A stretch of 64,000 nt of DNA from Verrucomicrobiota bacterium (GCA_045046875.1 JASFYY010000049.1:15039-79038), one strand, 5' to 3'; positions 48,474 through 58,778 are shown, counted from the first letter of the stretch. Numbers and translations: made by a program. Notes: generated by a model not told the origin, from the sequence alone.

Positions 48474-50369
48474 ATGAAATTCACATGGATCACGATGGCT
48501 TGTTTGGCGAGCTTTGCTTGGGTGGGGGGTGTTGCTGCAGCGGAAAATGAATTGCCCAAGAGTGTGGAAGTCACTCCTGGTAGGATCAACTCGGTCAGAA
48601 TCGAACGTAAAGGCAAAGAGCTGCTGGTTTATGGTTCGGATGCAAGTGGCAAAAAAGCGGAATGGGTTTTGTTGACTCATGGTCGTCGCCAGTTGCTTGA
48701 TTTTGCTGCCGATTCGGCTGGAGCTGGAGCCAAGGTGGTGGCACCTGCCGGGGTGCAGGAATTGGTCGAACAGCCGCAGAAATTTTGGGATGATTTTTGG
48801 ACGGCGCGTTTTGACTATTATCAACAACAAGTGACCAAGGTGCCGGTCACGGCTTTGCCGGTGGCTAAGGCGGTGAAGGGTGGTGAGTCGCTGGAGTGGG
48901 GCGGCTTGAAGTTCGAGGTCATTGATACTCCTGGATACACTCGGGATGGGGTGAGCTATTTGTTGGAGATTGATGGCAAGCGGGTGCTGTTTTCTGGTGA
49001 GTTGCTACGAGCAGGAGGGAAGGTGGCGGATATCTACAGTTTTCAGGATGCGATTCCAGATGCTAAGATTGGCGGGTATCATGGTTATGGTGGACGTTTT
49101 GCTTTGTGGATCGAGAGTTTGCGTAAGGTGGCGGCGCTGAAGCCTGACGTGATGGTTCCTTCACGGGGAGCGGTGATTGAGGATCCGCAGGCGGATATTA
49201 AGTCTGCGATTGATCGGGTACAGGCGATCTACCGCAACTATCAATCGACTAATGCGGTGAGTTGGTATTTCAAAGAGGCGAGATTGAAAATTTGTTTGGA
49301 AAAGGTGTTGGGTGAGGGGGCGACTTACGAGTTGATGCCCTACGCGGAGCACATCGATCTACCCGAGTGGTGCAAACATATCGGCACGACGAAATTATTG
49401 ATATCGGATGATGGTCATGGTTTTGCGCTCGATGTGGGTTCGCCTAAAATGATGGAGACCTTAAAAAAGGCGTTGGAGGAGGGATTGATCAAATCGATTG
49501 AGGGGATTTTTGCCACCCATGCGCACAATGATCATACGGCGTATGTGGCGGCGGCGGCTAAAGAATTTGGTTGCCCCGTTTATACGATAGAAGAGGTGGC
49601 GGATGTATTGCAGAACCCAGGTTCGTGGTTTTTGCCCGGAGTAACGCCGAATGCGGTGGAGAAGGTGGTGGTGAAAAAGGATGGTGAGAAAATGAAGTGG
49701 CGGGGTTTTGATTTGACCTTCCAATTTTATCCAGGGCAGATGTATAATCACGGTGCTTTGTTGGTGGAAAAACCAGACCATGCCCCGGTATTTTTTATTG
49801 GGGATTCGTTTTCGCCATCAGGGATTGATGATTACTGTTTGATGAATCGCAATTTGATGCGCGAGGATACGGGTTATTTGTATTGTTTTAAAAAAGTGAG
49901 AGAGCTTCCCAAGGGGGCGTGGTTGGTGAATCAGCATATTCCGCACCTGTTTCGTTTCAGTGATTCGGAGATGGACTATCTGGAAGGGCGCTATCGGGAA
50001 CGGATGAAGATGTTGAGCGAGCTGGTGGCTTGGGATGATGTGAACTACGGGATTGATGAACAGTGGGCGTGGTTTTATCCTTATGGCAGTGAAGCGAAGG
50101 CTGGAGATAAAGTTGAGTTTGAGCTGAGGTTTTGGAATCACTCGAAAAAAGAACGGACATTTGAGGTCAAGCTGAATGCCGGGGGCATACTGCAAAATGT
50201 CAAAACCTTGCAGCCGATCACTTTGAAAGCGAGAAGCAATGGCGTGGTGAAGATCACTGGTGAACTGGCGGACGGGATTAAAGCGGGAGTGCACGTGGTG
50301 ACAGCGGATATCAAAAGCGAAGGTATGGATTTGCGCCAATGGTGTGAGGCTCTGATTAAGGTGAATTAG
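48474..50369 (+). CDS. Secreted tandem MBL-fold metallohydrolase
   Basis: Degenerate first domain (LTHGRR, TPGYT) and intact THAHNDH in the second. Confidence 0.75.
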   Translation: MKFTWITMACLASFAWVGGVAAAENELPKSVEVTPGRINSVRIERKGKELLVYGSDASGKKAEWVLLTHGRRQLLDFAADSAGAGAKVVAPAGVQELVEQPQKFWDDFWTARFDYYQQQVTKVPVTALPVAKAVKGGESLEWGGLKFEVIDTPGYTRDGVSYLLEIDGKRVLFSGELLRAGGKVADIYSFQDAIPDAKIGGYHGYGGRFALWIESLRKVAALKPDVMVPSRGAVIEDPQADIKSAIDRVQAIYRNYQSTNAVSWYFKEARLKICLEKVLGEGATYELMPYAEHIDLPEWCKHIGTTKLLISDDGHGFALDVGSPKMMETLKKALEEGLIKSIEGIFATHAHNDHTAYVAAAAKEFGCPVYTIEEVADVLQNPGSWFLPGVTPNAVEKVVVKKDGEKMKWRGFDLTFQFYPGQMYNHGALLVEKPDHAPVFFIGDSFSPSGIDDYCLMNRNLMREDTGYLYCFKKVRELPKGAWLVNQHIPHLFRFSDSEMDYLEGRYRERMKMLSELVAWDDVNYGIDEQWAWFYPYGSEAKAGDKVEFELRFWNHSKKERTFEVKLNAGGILQNVKTLQPITLKARSNGVVKITGELADGIKAGVHVVTADIKSEGMDLRQWCEALIKVN

Positions 50370-50380
50370 GAAGTAAGTAG

Positions 50381-50409
50381 ATAGGAGATAGGAGATAGGA
50401 CAATAGGAA
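50381..50409 (+). repeat. Short ATAGGAG-like heptamer tandem repeat
   Basis: ataggag ataggag ataggac a ataggaa just before ATG at 50415. Confidence 0.6.
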
Positions 50410-50414
50410 TAAGT

Positions 50415-51962
50415 ATGTTTTGGATAGGCTTGGCAGTTTTGGTTGGGGTTTCGCTTTTGGTTTTGGTGATCTATGATTTGACTCAGCGTAAACACGCTAT
50501 CTTGAGGAATTTCCCGATCGTCGGACATCTGCGCTATTTTTTGGAAGCCATTGGGCCGGAATTGCGGCAGTATATTGTCACTGACAATGATTCCGAACGT
50601 CCTTTTAGTCGTGACGAGCGACGTTGGGTTTATGCTTCTTCAAAAAAGGAGAACAACTATTTTGGTTTTGGAACGGATAATGATTTGGAGACGGCACCGA
50701 ATTATTTGATCGTCAAACACAGCGCTTTTCCCCTTGATACGTCGCATGCCGGACAGCTGGGTTATGATGCGGATTATCAGATTCCCTGTGCAAAAGTTCT
50801 AGGTGCAGCACGTGGACGGAAAAAGGCCTTTCGCCCACGGTCAGTGGTGAATGTATCGGGCATGAGTTTTGGATCTTTGGGACGCACAGCAGTCGAGGCA
50901 CTGAATCGCGGCTGTGATTTGGCGGGTTGTTTGCACAATACTGGAGAGGGCGGGGTATCCAAATATCATTTGCACGGGGCGGATTTGGTTTTGCAAATTG
51001 GCACGGCGTATTTTGCCTGTCGGGATAAAAATGGCGATTTTAGTTTGCCTGCTTTGATTGAGACGGTGGAAAAACATCCGCAGATCAAAGTTTTGGAGAT
51101 TAAGTTGAGTCAGGGAGCCAAGCCGGGTATCGGCGGTTTGTTGCCCAAGGAAAAAGTTACTGCTGAGATCGCTGAAGCTCGCGGGATTCCCATGGGGGAG
51201 GATTGCATCAGTCCTGCCACGCATAAGGAGTTCAGTGATGTGGAGGGTTTACTGGATTTTGTCGAGAAGATAGCAGCGGCGACCGGGTTGCCTGTGGGGA
51301 TCAAATCAGCGGTGGGTGAGTCGAAATTCTGGCAGGATTTGGCCAGGCAGATGGCGGAGACGAATCGGGGGGTGGATTATATTTGCATTGATGGAGGGGA
51401 GGGAGGCACAGGAGCGGGGCCTTTGGCTTACACCGATCACGTGGCTTTGCCTTTTAAACTGGGTTTTCCACGGGTGTATGGTGAATTTGTCAAACAGGGC
51501 ATTCAGGATCAGGTGGTTTTCATCGGTTCCGCCAAGCTGGGCTTTCCGGTGCCGGCTTTATTAGCCTTTGCGATGGGTTGTGATATGGTGAATATCGCCC
51601 GCGAAGCGATGCTTTCGATTGGCTGTATTCAGGCCCAGCGTTGCCATTCCGGACACTGTCCGGCAGGTGTGGCGACTCACAACCGTTGGCTGATGCGGGG
51701 ATTGGATCCCGGTTTAAAGTCGGTGAGGTTGGGCAATTTTGTGGTGACATTACGTCAGGAACTGCTTAAACTTTCGCATACCTGTGGGGTGGAGCATCCG
51801 TCTTTGATCACGCCAGATCATTTTGAGATACTGGATGGAAATCTAACGGGCATTTCGTCAGAGACTCTTTTTCCGGAGGGAGGGGTTTTGCCGCGGCCCA
51901 GTGAAGATGAATATAAGAGGGCCAAGGAGATGATGGAAGCGGTGGTGCTTGGCGAAGGCTGA
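50415..51962 (+). CDS. FMN-binding glutamate synthase family protein
   Basis: MSFGSL, NTGEGG, EIKLSQGAKPG.GG, DGGEGGTGA, CIQAQRCHSGHCPAGVAT. Confidence 0.92.
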   Translation: MFWIGLAVLVGVSLLVLVIYDLTQRKHAILRNFPIVGHLRYFLEAIGPELRQYIVTDNDSERPFSRDERRWVYASSKKENNYFGFGTDNDLETAPNYLIVKHSAFPLDTSHAGQLGYDADYQIPCAKVLGAARGRKKAFRPRSVVNVSGMSFGSLGRTAVEALNRGCDLAGCLHNTGEGGVSKYHLHGADLVLQIGTAYFACRDKNGDFSLPALIETVEKHPQIKVLEIKLSQGAKPGIGGLLPKEKVTAEIAEARGIPMGEDCISPATHKEFSDVEGLLDFVEKIAAATGLPVGIKSAVGESKFWQDLARQMAETNRGVDYICIDGGEGGTGAGPLAYTDHVALPFKLGFPRVYGEFVKQGIQDQVVFIGSAKLGFPVPALLAFAMGCDMVNIAREAMLSIGCIQAQRCHSGHCPAGVATHNRWLMRGLDPGLKSVRLGNFVVTLRQELLKLSHTCGVEHPSLITPDHFEILDGNLTGISSETLFPEGGVLPRPSEDEYKRAKEMMEAVVLGEG

Positions 51963-51999
51963 ATTAATTTATTTCAAATAACAAACTAGATAGCTAAAG

Positions 52000-53355
52000 A
52001 TGAATAAAACTCTCCGCCTGAGCATCCTATTCACCAGGGTTTCAATTTTAAGTTTATTGTTGTTCTTTTTTATGGGGTTAGCCAGTGAGGTGCTGGCTCA
52101 TAAAGTCACGGCAGTTTCGGTGGTTTCGAGATTCAATACCAAGGGGCTTAAATATCGTATTGAGTTGGCGATGGATATTTACCCTTCGAAAGATCCTGCT
52201 ATGAACGACAAGGTGTCCCCACAGCAGGCCGCTAATTTTTTCTCGAATGAGGCCCTGATACTATTTTTTGACGACAAACAAGTGAAATCAGAATCCAGGA
52301 CCGAATTGATCAAAGACCCCGATGCTGATCCTGAAATCGAGGAGCAAAAAGTGAAAGTGATGGTGACCTTGTTTGGAGAGATCCCTAAAGACGCCGAGCA
52401 TTTTTCATTGCGGGTTTCCCCTGAGACAACAGCTGCTGTGGTGATGGTCACCTTCAAAGACGGTAAACCCGGACGTAGGGCTGAGGTGTTGTATCCTGGT
52501 GAGTTCAGTTCACCTGTTAGTATGGCGACAGTTATTGCCGGAGACCCTTTTGGGAAGGCTATGGAGGGTAAGGGTAAGGGTGACGGTAAAGGCGAAGAGG
52601 AAAATCTGGGGAAAATGGGGGGAGTGATGGATGGTGACATCATGGGTAATCTGGAAAAGATTCAAGCTAGTCGTAAGGGCCTGGGATCCAAGGGTGGTGG
52701 CAACGGATCCGGTGCAGGGAAGAGTATGTGGGATAAGGCGAAATCCATATTTGCAGGTGGCTCTGCGCCTGTGGATGATTCAGTGGATGAGGGGATTGCG
52801 TCATTAGGGCATTACACGGAAATCGGGGTGAGAAGTTTTTTCTCTGGTCATTTTGAAGGATTGCTGTTGGTGCTTTGCATCTTTTTCTTTAGTAAAAAAT
52901 CGGTTATCATATTACGACAGGTGGTGGTGTTCACCGTAGCTTATTCGATGGGTTTGCTGTTGGCTGTATTTGCGATAAAGAGCTTGTCCGGCATGCTGGG
53001 AGTGACTGGTTTAGTAATGACCTGGGGGCTTCCTCTGGGGATCGTGTTTCTGGCGAGTGAAAATTTATTTACCGATGAACTGAAGTGGTGGAGACAGGGT
53101 GTTATTGCGATCTCAGGTTTTTTGTTGGGGATAGTGTTTTCAGTGACCCTTAGTATATCTGGCATGCAGGCCGAATCTGCAGCAATTGCTTTTGGCGGTT
53201 TTTATTTAGGGTTGGGGTTGGCTCAATTACTCGTCTTGGTATTGTGCAGTGTGTTGGCGGGTGTTTTTTGGAGGAGGTCGTGGTATAGATCTGCCATTGC
53301 GATGCCAGTTTCGATGGTATGTGCCGGTTTGGCTGTGTATTGGATGATTATGTGA
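52000..53355 (+). CDS. HupE/UreJ-like membrane protein (divergent) with periplasmic N-domain
   Basis: Signal peptide + AH; C-terminal TMs with FTVAYS, ASENL, GLGLAQL resembling HupE_UreJ_2. Confidence 0.6.
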   Translation: MNKTLRLSILFTRVSILSLLLFFFMGLASEVLAHKVTAVSVVSRFNTKGLKYRIELAMDIYPSKDPAMNDKVSPQQAANFFSNEALILFFDDKQVKSESRTELIKDPDADPEIEEQKVKVMVTLFGEIPKDAEHFSLRVSPETTAAVVMVTFKDGKPGRRAEVLYPGEFSSPVSMATVIAGDPFGKAMEGKGKGDGKGEEENLGKMGGVMDGDIMGNLEKIQASRKGLGSKGGGNGSGAGKSMWDKAKSIFAGGSAPVDDSVDEGIASLGHYTEIGVRSFFSGHFEGLLLVLCIFFFSKKSVIILRQVVVFTVAYSMGLLLAVFAIKSLSGMLGVTGLVMTWGLPLGIVFLASENLFTDELKWWRQGVIAISGFLLGIVFSVTLSISGMQAESAAIAFGGFYLGLGLAQLLVLVLCSVLAGVFWRRSWYRSAIAMPVSMVCAGLAVYWMIM

Positions 53356-53380
53356 TTTTTTTGTAACCGAAGGCGGATTA

Positions 53381-54853
53381 ATGGCGACTACCTTGAGTGT
53401 GAATATCAAAAAAACAGCTTTGGCTAGGATAATAGGCTTAATCGTATGTGCTTACGGGGTAAGCCTGTCAGCCGCAGACCAGAAACCGCAAGATAAAGAG
53501 GCTCTCAACGGGGACTGGGTGGGGGAGATGGATTTTGGAGGAAAGCAGTTCCGCTTTTTGTTTCATTTTGAGCAAAGCAAAAGCGGACGGATCAGCGGGG
53601 TGTTTCGAGCTCCTGATATCAGTCCAGCACCGATGCCGATGACGGATGTTCGTTTGAAAGGGCGCGATATTTACCTTTCGATCAAAACCGTGGGCAGTTA
53701 TCGAGGTAAGGTTTCTTTGAAAAGCGGTCGCATGTCGGGAGACTGGATGGGGGAAGATGGCAACCAACTGGCTTTGGATTTGAAGCGCTCCAAAGAGAAA
53801 TGGACTTACGATCGTCCGCAGACTCCGAAAGCACCTTTTTCATATCAGATACGAGAAGTGGAGATACCCAATAAGTTGGGAGATAATCGCCTTGCCGGGA
53901 CTTTGACGGTCCCTAAAGGGAGAGGGCCGTTTGCTGCCGTGGTATTGGTTTCAGACTTTGGTCCGCAGGATCGTGATGGAACGATCCATGATCACAAACC
54001 CTTGGCGGTGATAGCGGATTATCTGGCAAAAAAGGGGATTGCGAGTTTGCGTTACGATGATAGGGGGATCGGAAAATCCACCGGAACGTATGAATTTGCG
54101 ACTACCATGGATCTGGCCACCGATGCGGCGGCGGCCTTTGAGTTTTTAAAAAAGCAGCAAGCGGTGGATGCTGGCAAGGTGGGGATCATTGGACATGGTG
54201 AAGGAGGATTGATCGCACCTATTGTGGCAGACAAAAGAAAAGGGGTAGCATTTATGGTCTTGCTCGCGGCTCCGGGGGTGAGGGGGGATCAGATGTTATT
54301 GATGCAGAATGAGGCGCTAGGTCGTGCGACTGGATTGGATGATGCCATGTTGGATCTTACCCGGCGCTTCATGAGCTCGGTTTACAAATTATTGACTCAG
54401 AACCCACCGGATTTAAAAAAGGCGGAGAAAATGTGGATGGAATTTGAAGAGAAAACAAAATCCCTGCCACCGGAAGAAGGCGCAAAATTAATGGAACTAG
54501 GAGGACAGCTCGAATGGCAGCTTGCACAAGTGAAAGCGCAATCGCCATGGCTCTCATGGATTCTGGCTTATGATCCCGGACGGGTTTTAGCGAAAGTGAA
54601 AGTTCCGGTTTTGGTTTTGAATGGGGAAAAGGATCTTCAGATTCTAGCTGATATCAATTTGCCAACCATCAAACGTCATTTGTTGGCGGCAGGAAATCGA
54701 CAGGTTGAAGTTGAGAAAATGCGGGGTTTGAATCATTTGTTTCAGAAAGCAGAGACGGGATTGCCGGGCGAATATGCTCTGATTGAACAGACTTTTTCGA
54801 CTTCGGCTTTGAAACAGATCGCAGGATGGCTTATTAAAACGTCGGACAAGTGA
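53381..54853 (+). CDS. Secreted alpha/beta hydrolase-fold protein, nucleophile Ser apparently replaced (GHGEGG)
   Basis: RPQTP, LAGTLT.P, GPQDRD, RYDDRG.GKS, GEKDLQ, LNHLFQ. Confidence 0.85.
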   Translation: MATTLSVNIKKTALARIIGLIVCAYGVSLSAADQKPQDKEALNGDWVGEMDFGGKQFRFLFHFEQSKSGRISGVFRAPDISPAPMPMTDVRLKGRDIYLSIKTVGSYRGKVSLKSGRMSGDWMGEDGNQLALDLKRSKEKWTYDRPQTPKAPFSYQIREVEIPNKLGDNRLAGTLTVPKGRGPFAAVVLVSDFGPQDRDGTIHDHKPLAVIADYLAKKGIASLRYDDRGIGKSTGTYEFATTMDLATDAAAAFEFLKKQQAVDAGKVGIIGHGEGGLIAPIVADKRKGVAFMVLLAAPGVRGDQMLLMQNEALGRATGLDDAMLDLTRRFMSSVYKLLTQNPPDLKKAEKMWMEFEEKTKSLPPEEGAKLMELGGQLEWQLAQVKAQSPWLSWILAYDPGRVLAKVKVPVLVLNGEKDLQILADINLPTIKRHLLAAGNRQVEVEKMRGLNHLFQKAETGLPGEYALIEQTFSTSALKQIAGWLIKTSDK

Positions 54854-54905
54854 GGGAATGCTCCCGCTTTGTCGTTTTAATTGAAGTATCTGACTGATTC
54901 TGCTT

Positions 54906-57404
54906 ATGAAAGACGAAGAAAAATCCTGTTGTGGGCATGAGGGGGAAGATGATGCGGAGGCAGCGAAAAATGTGGAAAAGAAGAGCTGTTGCTCAAGTGA
55001 AGAACCCGCGGCGGAAAGTGAGACAAAGGATTGTTGCTCGGGTGATGAAAAAGCTGAAGCCGCCGAGCCGGTGAAAAAGGACTGTTGCTCGTCCAAGCCA
55101 GAGCCGGAGCCCGAAGAAAAAAAATCCTGCTGTGGCGGGGGAGAGGGGCATCATCATGCGACGGTGGTTCCTTCGGCTGGTGCGGCGTATTTTTGTCCGA
55201 TGTGTCCGGGACAGGAAAGTGATAAACCCGGCACCTGCAAGATGTGCGGCATGGCGCTGGAATCAGCGGGTTTGCCACAATCAGGCAGTCGCACAATTTA
55301 CACTTGCCCGATGCACCCGGAGATCGAACGGGATGAGCCTGGTGACTGCCCTAAATGCGGCATGGCGCTCGAGGCGAAGAGTGTGGAAATGGAGGAGGAC
55401 AATTCCGAGCTAATAGATATGCAGCGGCGCTTTAAGTTGTCGTTGATTTTCAGTCTGCCTGTGTTGCTGATAGCGATGGGGGATATGTTGCCCGGACGAC
55501 CATTGTCGGCAGTGGCATCACCGCATATTTGGAATTGGGTGATGTTGTTTTTGAGTGCGCCTGCTGTTTGGTGGGCGGGTTGGCCTTTGTTGAAACGTGG
55601 AGTGGATTCGGTGCGTCATCGCAGTTTGAATATGTTCACTTTGATCGCTTTGGGGGTGACGGTGGCTTGGGTTTATAGTTTGATCGCGACTTTGCTGCCG
55701 GGGATTTTTCCTCCTTCATTTCGTGGAGCGAGTGGTGAGGTGGCGGTTTATTTTGAGGCTGCGGCGGTGATCGTGACCTTGGTTTTATTAGGGCAAGTGC
55801 TGGAGCTGAAAGCTCGCAGTCAGACCGGGGCAGCGATCAAGGCACTGCTGGATCTGGCACCTAAAACAGCGCGTAGGATTGCCGCTGATGGCAGCGAGCA
55901 GGAAGTGCCACTGGATCAGATTCGGGTGGGGGATCAGTTGCGGGTGAAGCCTGGGGAAAAAATGCCGGTGGATGGTCAGGTTCTGGAAGGCGGCAGCACG
56001 GTGGATGAATCGATGATGACCGGAGAGCCAATGCCGGTGAAAAAGAAGGTCGGCGATCAAGTGACAGGAGCGACCATCAATGGCACCGGCTCGCTGGTGG
56101 TGCGGGCGGATAAAGTGGGCGGTGATACCCTGCTGTCGCAGATCGTGCACATGGTGGCCGAGGCGCAGCGCAGTCGGGCGCCGATCCAGAAACTGGTGGA
56201 TCAGGTGGCGGGCTGGTTTGTGCCGGTGGTGATCGCCTGCTCGCTGATCGCATTTGTGGTGTGGGCTTTGGTGGGGCCCGATCCGAGATTAGCTCATGCG
56301 CTGCTGGCAGCCGTGGCGGTTTTGATCATTGCCTGCCCTTGTGCATTAGGTTTGGCGACGCCGATGTCGATTATGGTGGCTACCGGCAAAGGGGCTTTGA
56401 ACGGGGTATTGTTCAAAAATGCCGAGGCGATCGAGGTGATGCGCAGCGTGGATACTTTGGTGGTTGATAAAACTGGAACTTTGACCGAGGGGCAACCTAA
56501 GTTGGTTTCGATACAAGTATCAAAAAGCATCGAAGAAGAAGAGCTGTTGATGCTTTTGGCAAGTTTGGAGCAAGGCAGTGAACATCCGCTGGCGGAGGCG
56601 GTGGTATCCGCAGCTGAGGGGCGTGGAATTTCTTTGCAAAAAGTAGAAGGCTTTGATTCGGTAACTGGCAAGGGGGTAACCGGTCAGGTGGCCGGACGCA
56701 AGGTGGCGGTGGGCAATGCGGACTTGTTGAATGACATGGGAGTGGAGCCGGGTGGTTTTCCCGGAGTGGCGGAAAATTTACGCAAGGAAGGCCAGACCGT
56801 GGTGCTGGCGGTCGTGGATGGTCGTTATGCGGGATCGCTGGCGGTGGCGGATCCGATTAAGGAGGACGCCCAACATGCGATTGACGAATTGAAAAAAGAA
56901 GGTCTGCGAATTGTGATGCTGACCGGGGATCATAAAGGAACCGCGCAAGCAGTGGGGGGAAAACTGGGCATTGACGAGGTGGTGGCCGGGGTGTTGCCAG
57001 ACGGTAAGGCGGATGTGGTGAAAAAGCTGCAGAGCGAGGGGCGTATCGTAGCGATGGCAGGAGATGGCATCAATGATGCTCCGGCTTTGGCGCAGGCGCA
57101 GGTGGGTATAGCGATGGGAACCGGCACGGATGTGGCGATCGAGAGTGCTGGGATCACTTTGGTGCGGGGAGATTTGCGTGGTATTGTGCGTGCGCGGCGT
57201 TTGAGTCAGGCAACGATGAAGAATATCCGCCAGAACTTGCTTTTCGCTTTTGGATACAATGCGCTGGGGGTGCCGATTGCGGCGGGCATTTTGTATCCGC
57301 TTACGGGACTGCTGCTCAGCCCAATGATCGCAGCGGCGGCGATGAGCTTCAGCTCGGTTTCGGTGATCGTGAACGCTCTTCGATTGAAGAAAACGGAGAT
57401 TTGA
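54906..57404 (+). CDS. copA: Copper-translocating P1B-type ATPase
   Basis: [38 protein letters not shown]...P, MSFSS; YTCPMHP metal-binding domains. Confidence 0.93.
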   Translation: MKDEEKSCCGHEGEDDAEAAKNVEKKSCCSSEEPAAESETKDCCSGDEKAEAAEPVKKDCCSSKPEPEPEEKKSCCGGGEGHHHATVVPSAGAAYFCPMCPGQESDKPGTCKMCGMALESAGLPQSGSRTIYTCPMHPEIERDEPGDCPKCGMALEAKSVEMEEDNSELIDMQRRFKLSLIFSLPVLLIAMGDMLPGRPLSAVASPHIWNWVMLFLSAPAVWWAGWPLLKRGVDSVRHRSLNMFTLIALGVTVAWVYSLIATLLPGIFPPSFRGASGEVAVYFEAAAVIVTLVLLGQVLELKARSQTGAAIKALLDLAPKTARRIAADGSEQEVPLDQIRVGDQLRVKPGEKMPVDGQVLEGGSTVDESMMTGEPMPVKKKVGDQVTGATINGTGSLVVRADKVGGDTLLSQIVHMVAEAQRSRAPIQKLVDQVAGWFVPVVIACSLIAFVVWALVGPDPRLAHALLAAVAVLIIACPCALGLATPMSIMVATGKGALNGVLFKNAEAIEVMRSVDTLVVDKTGTLTEGQPKLVSIQVSKSIEEEELLMLLASLEQGSEHPLAEAVVSAAEGRGISLQKVEGFDSVTGKGVTGQVAGRKVAVGNADLLNDMGVEPGGFPGVAENLRKEGQTVVLAVVDGRYAGSLAVADPIKEDAQHAIDELKKEGLRIVMLTGDHKGTAQAVGGKLGIDEVVAGVLPDGKADVVKKLQSEGRIVAMAGDGINDAPALAQAQVGIAMGTGTDVAIESAGITLVRGDLRGIVRARRLSQATMKNIRQNLLFAFGYNALGVPIAAGILYPLTGLLLSPMIAAAAMSFSSVSVIVNALRLKKTEI

Positions 57405-57409
57405 GGCGT

Positions 57410-57462
57410 AAAAAAAGGGACGGCGTTGGTTTCAAGATGCCCCCATTAACCAACACCGCCCC
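57410..57462 (-). terminator. Intrinsic terminator on the minus strand (hairpin + T7), possibly also acting on copA
   Basis: Minus strand ggggcggtgttggtt...aaccaacgccgtccc followed by ttttttt. Confidence 0.6.
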
Positions 57463-57648
57463 AAACCCCTTCAACACAAGGGAAAAAAGTGTTCCCGCAT
57501 TCAGAGAACAACGGGAACGACAGGATTGTATCCTATAATTTTAATAAATAAAAGTAAAAAGTAAGGTTTTCTTAACTTTCTATATTTTCTGGAAAGTGGC
57601 GGAGAAAAACGCAGTGCTTTTTCAAATGGTGGAGATAGGTTAAATTCA

Positions 57649-58407
57649 ATGCAGAGTGAAGAGGATAGTTTTTTGGCTGAAAGAGGCTTGGGGCCATTGC
57701 GGGTGTGGTGCGATGAACAGCCACGCTCGGCGGCTTTGAACATGGCTATTGATGAGGTGTTGCTGCGTGAAATGCATGAATCCGCGGGCAAGGTGCCGAT
57801 ACTGCGTTATTACGATTGGCTGCGACCGTCGGTATCGATTGGCTATTTCCAGCGTTGGCGGGAAACGATGGATATTTGCGAACTTGAGAGCTTGGATGTG
57901 ATCCGGCGTTGGACTGGAGGTGGCAAGGTGGATCACCGTAAGGATCAGACTTATACCTTGGTGGTTTCCCGCGATCATCCGTTTTATTATCTGCCTCCGG
58001 CGAAAAATTATCGCTGGGTGCATCGGCAGGTGGTGGCAGCTTTGCAACAAATCGGGACGCAGGCCCTGGTGACGGATCGTGTTGATTCATTTTCGCCGCG
58101 TGGAGATCATTCCCCCAATTGTTTTGATCGCCCAGTGCAGTTTGATGTGGTGGATGATGATGGGGGAAAGGTGGCCGGAGCGGCTCAACGGCGAACCCGC
58201 TGGGGATTGTTGCATCAGGGCAGTGTGGTGGAAGACGGCTTGAGCGGGGATGAAAACAAGCGGGCCTGGCAGGTGTCTTTGGCGGGATTGTTGAGCGGCA
58301 AGCGCAGTGGCGTGATCGACTGGCAGCCGCCGGAGCAGTGGTTGCAGCAGGCGCAACGCTTGGCTGAAGAGAAATATGCGCCAAAGTCCTGGTTGGAAAA
58401 ATTTTGA
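57649..58407 (+). CDS. Lipoate-protein ligase A / octanoyltransferase (LipM-like) family
   Basis: NMAIDEVLL, LRYY.W..P.VSIGYFQ, RRWTGGG.V.H, KVAGAAQRR, LHQGS. Confidence 0.88.
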   Translation: MQSEEDSFLAERGLGPLRVWCDEQPRSAALNMAIDEVLLREMHESAGKVPILRYYDWLRPSVSIGYFQRWRETMDICELESLDVIRRWTGGGKVDHRKDQTYTLVVSRDHPFYYLPPAKNYRWVHRQVVAALQQIGTQALVTDRVDSFSPRGDHSPNCFDRPVQFDVVDDDGGKVAGAAQRRTRWGLLHQGSVVEDGLSGDENKRAWQVSLAGLLSGKRSGVIDWQPPEQWLQQAQRLAEEKYAPKSWLEKF

Positions 58408-58433
58408 TGGGGAGATTTGAGCGGTTGATTTTT

Positions 58434-58461
58434 ACCACGGATTGCCCGGATGAACACGGAT
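58434..58461 (+). repeat. REP-like (CGGAT)x3 repeat, copy 5
   Basis: accacggattgcccggatgaacacggat. Confidence 0.7.
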
Positions 58462-58542
58462 AAAAAAAGAGATTGAGTTGCTATCCGCCTGCTGGGAGCA
58501 GTGAGAGTGAGGCTTGCAGGTTATTTTCATCAACTTGAGAGC

Positions 58543-58570
58543 TTGAATACTGGAGCTTTCGGGCTAGGGT
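58543..58570 (+). promoter_or_regulatory. Putative sigma70 promoter of the interrupted tRNA copy
   Basis: TTGAAT-16-TAGGGT; homologous to 58800-58827 at the same distance from the tRNA start. Confidence 0.5.
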
Positions 58571-58605
58571 GCACGACTTGCAGGGAATATTCATTTCGGC
58601 ATAAA

Positions 58606-58778
58606 GGAAGGATGGCTGAGTCTGGTCGAAGGCGCTCGATTCGAAATCGAGTGTAGTGCAAGCTACCGTGGGTTCGAGTGCTCATCGTCTCGCAAGGCGA
58701 GACTGAAGGTTTACGAGCGAAGCGAGCAAGAAGCACAGATGGAGTTTCGCGGCTGCGAAACGGAATCAATCCCACTCC
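58606..58778 (+). pseudogene. Interrupted tRNA-Ser(CGA) copy: 72 nt identical 5' body + 91-nt T-loop insert + ATCCCACTCC, lacking the final TTCCGCCA
   Basis: 58606-58677 identical to 58863-58934; insert 58678-58768; 58769-58778 matches 58935-58944. Confidence 0.85.

Noticed and set aside
46278..50369. Beta-lactam resistance locus (blaI-blaR-MBL)
   Set aside because: The M56 protein has no penicillin-binding domain and the MBL protein is a long tandem-domain hydrolase unlike class B beta-lactamases; adjacency alone is insufficient.
58678..58768. Canonical group I or group II intron in the tRNA
   Set aside because: Only 91 nt, with no recognisable group I core or group II domain V; the host copy also lacks a complete acceptor stem.
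58769..58778. attR of the downstream integrase element
   Set aside because: It lies upstream of both the intact tRNA and the integrase, so it cannot bound the element; it is better explained as the 3' part of the split tRNA copy.
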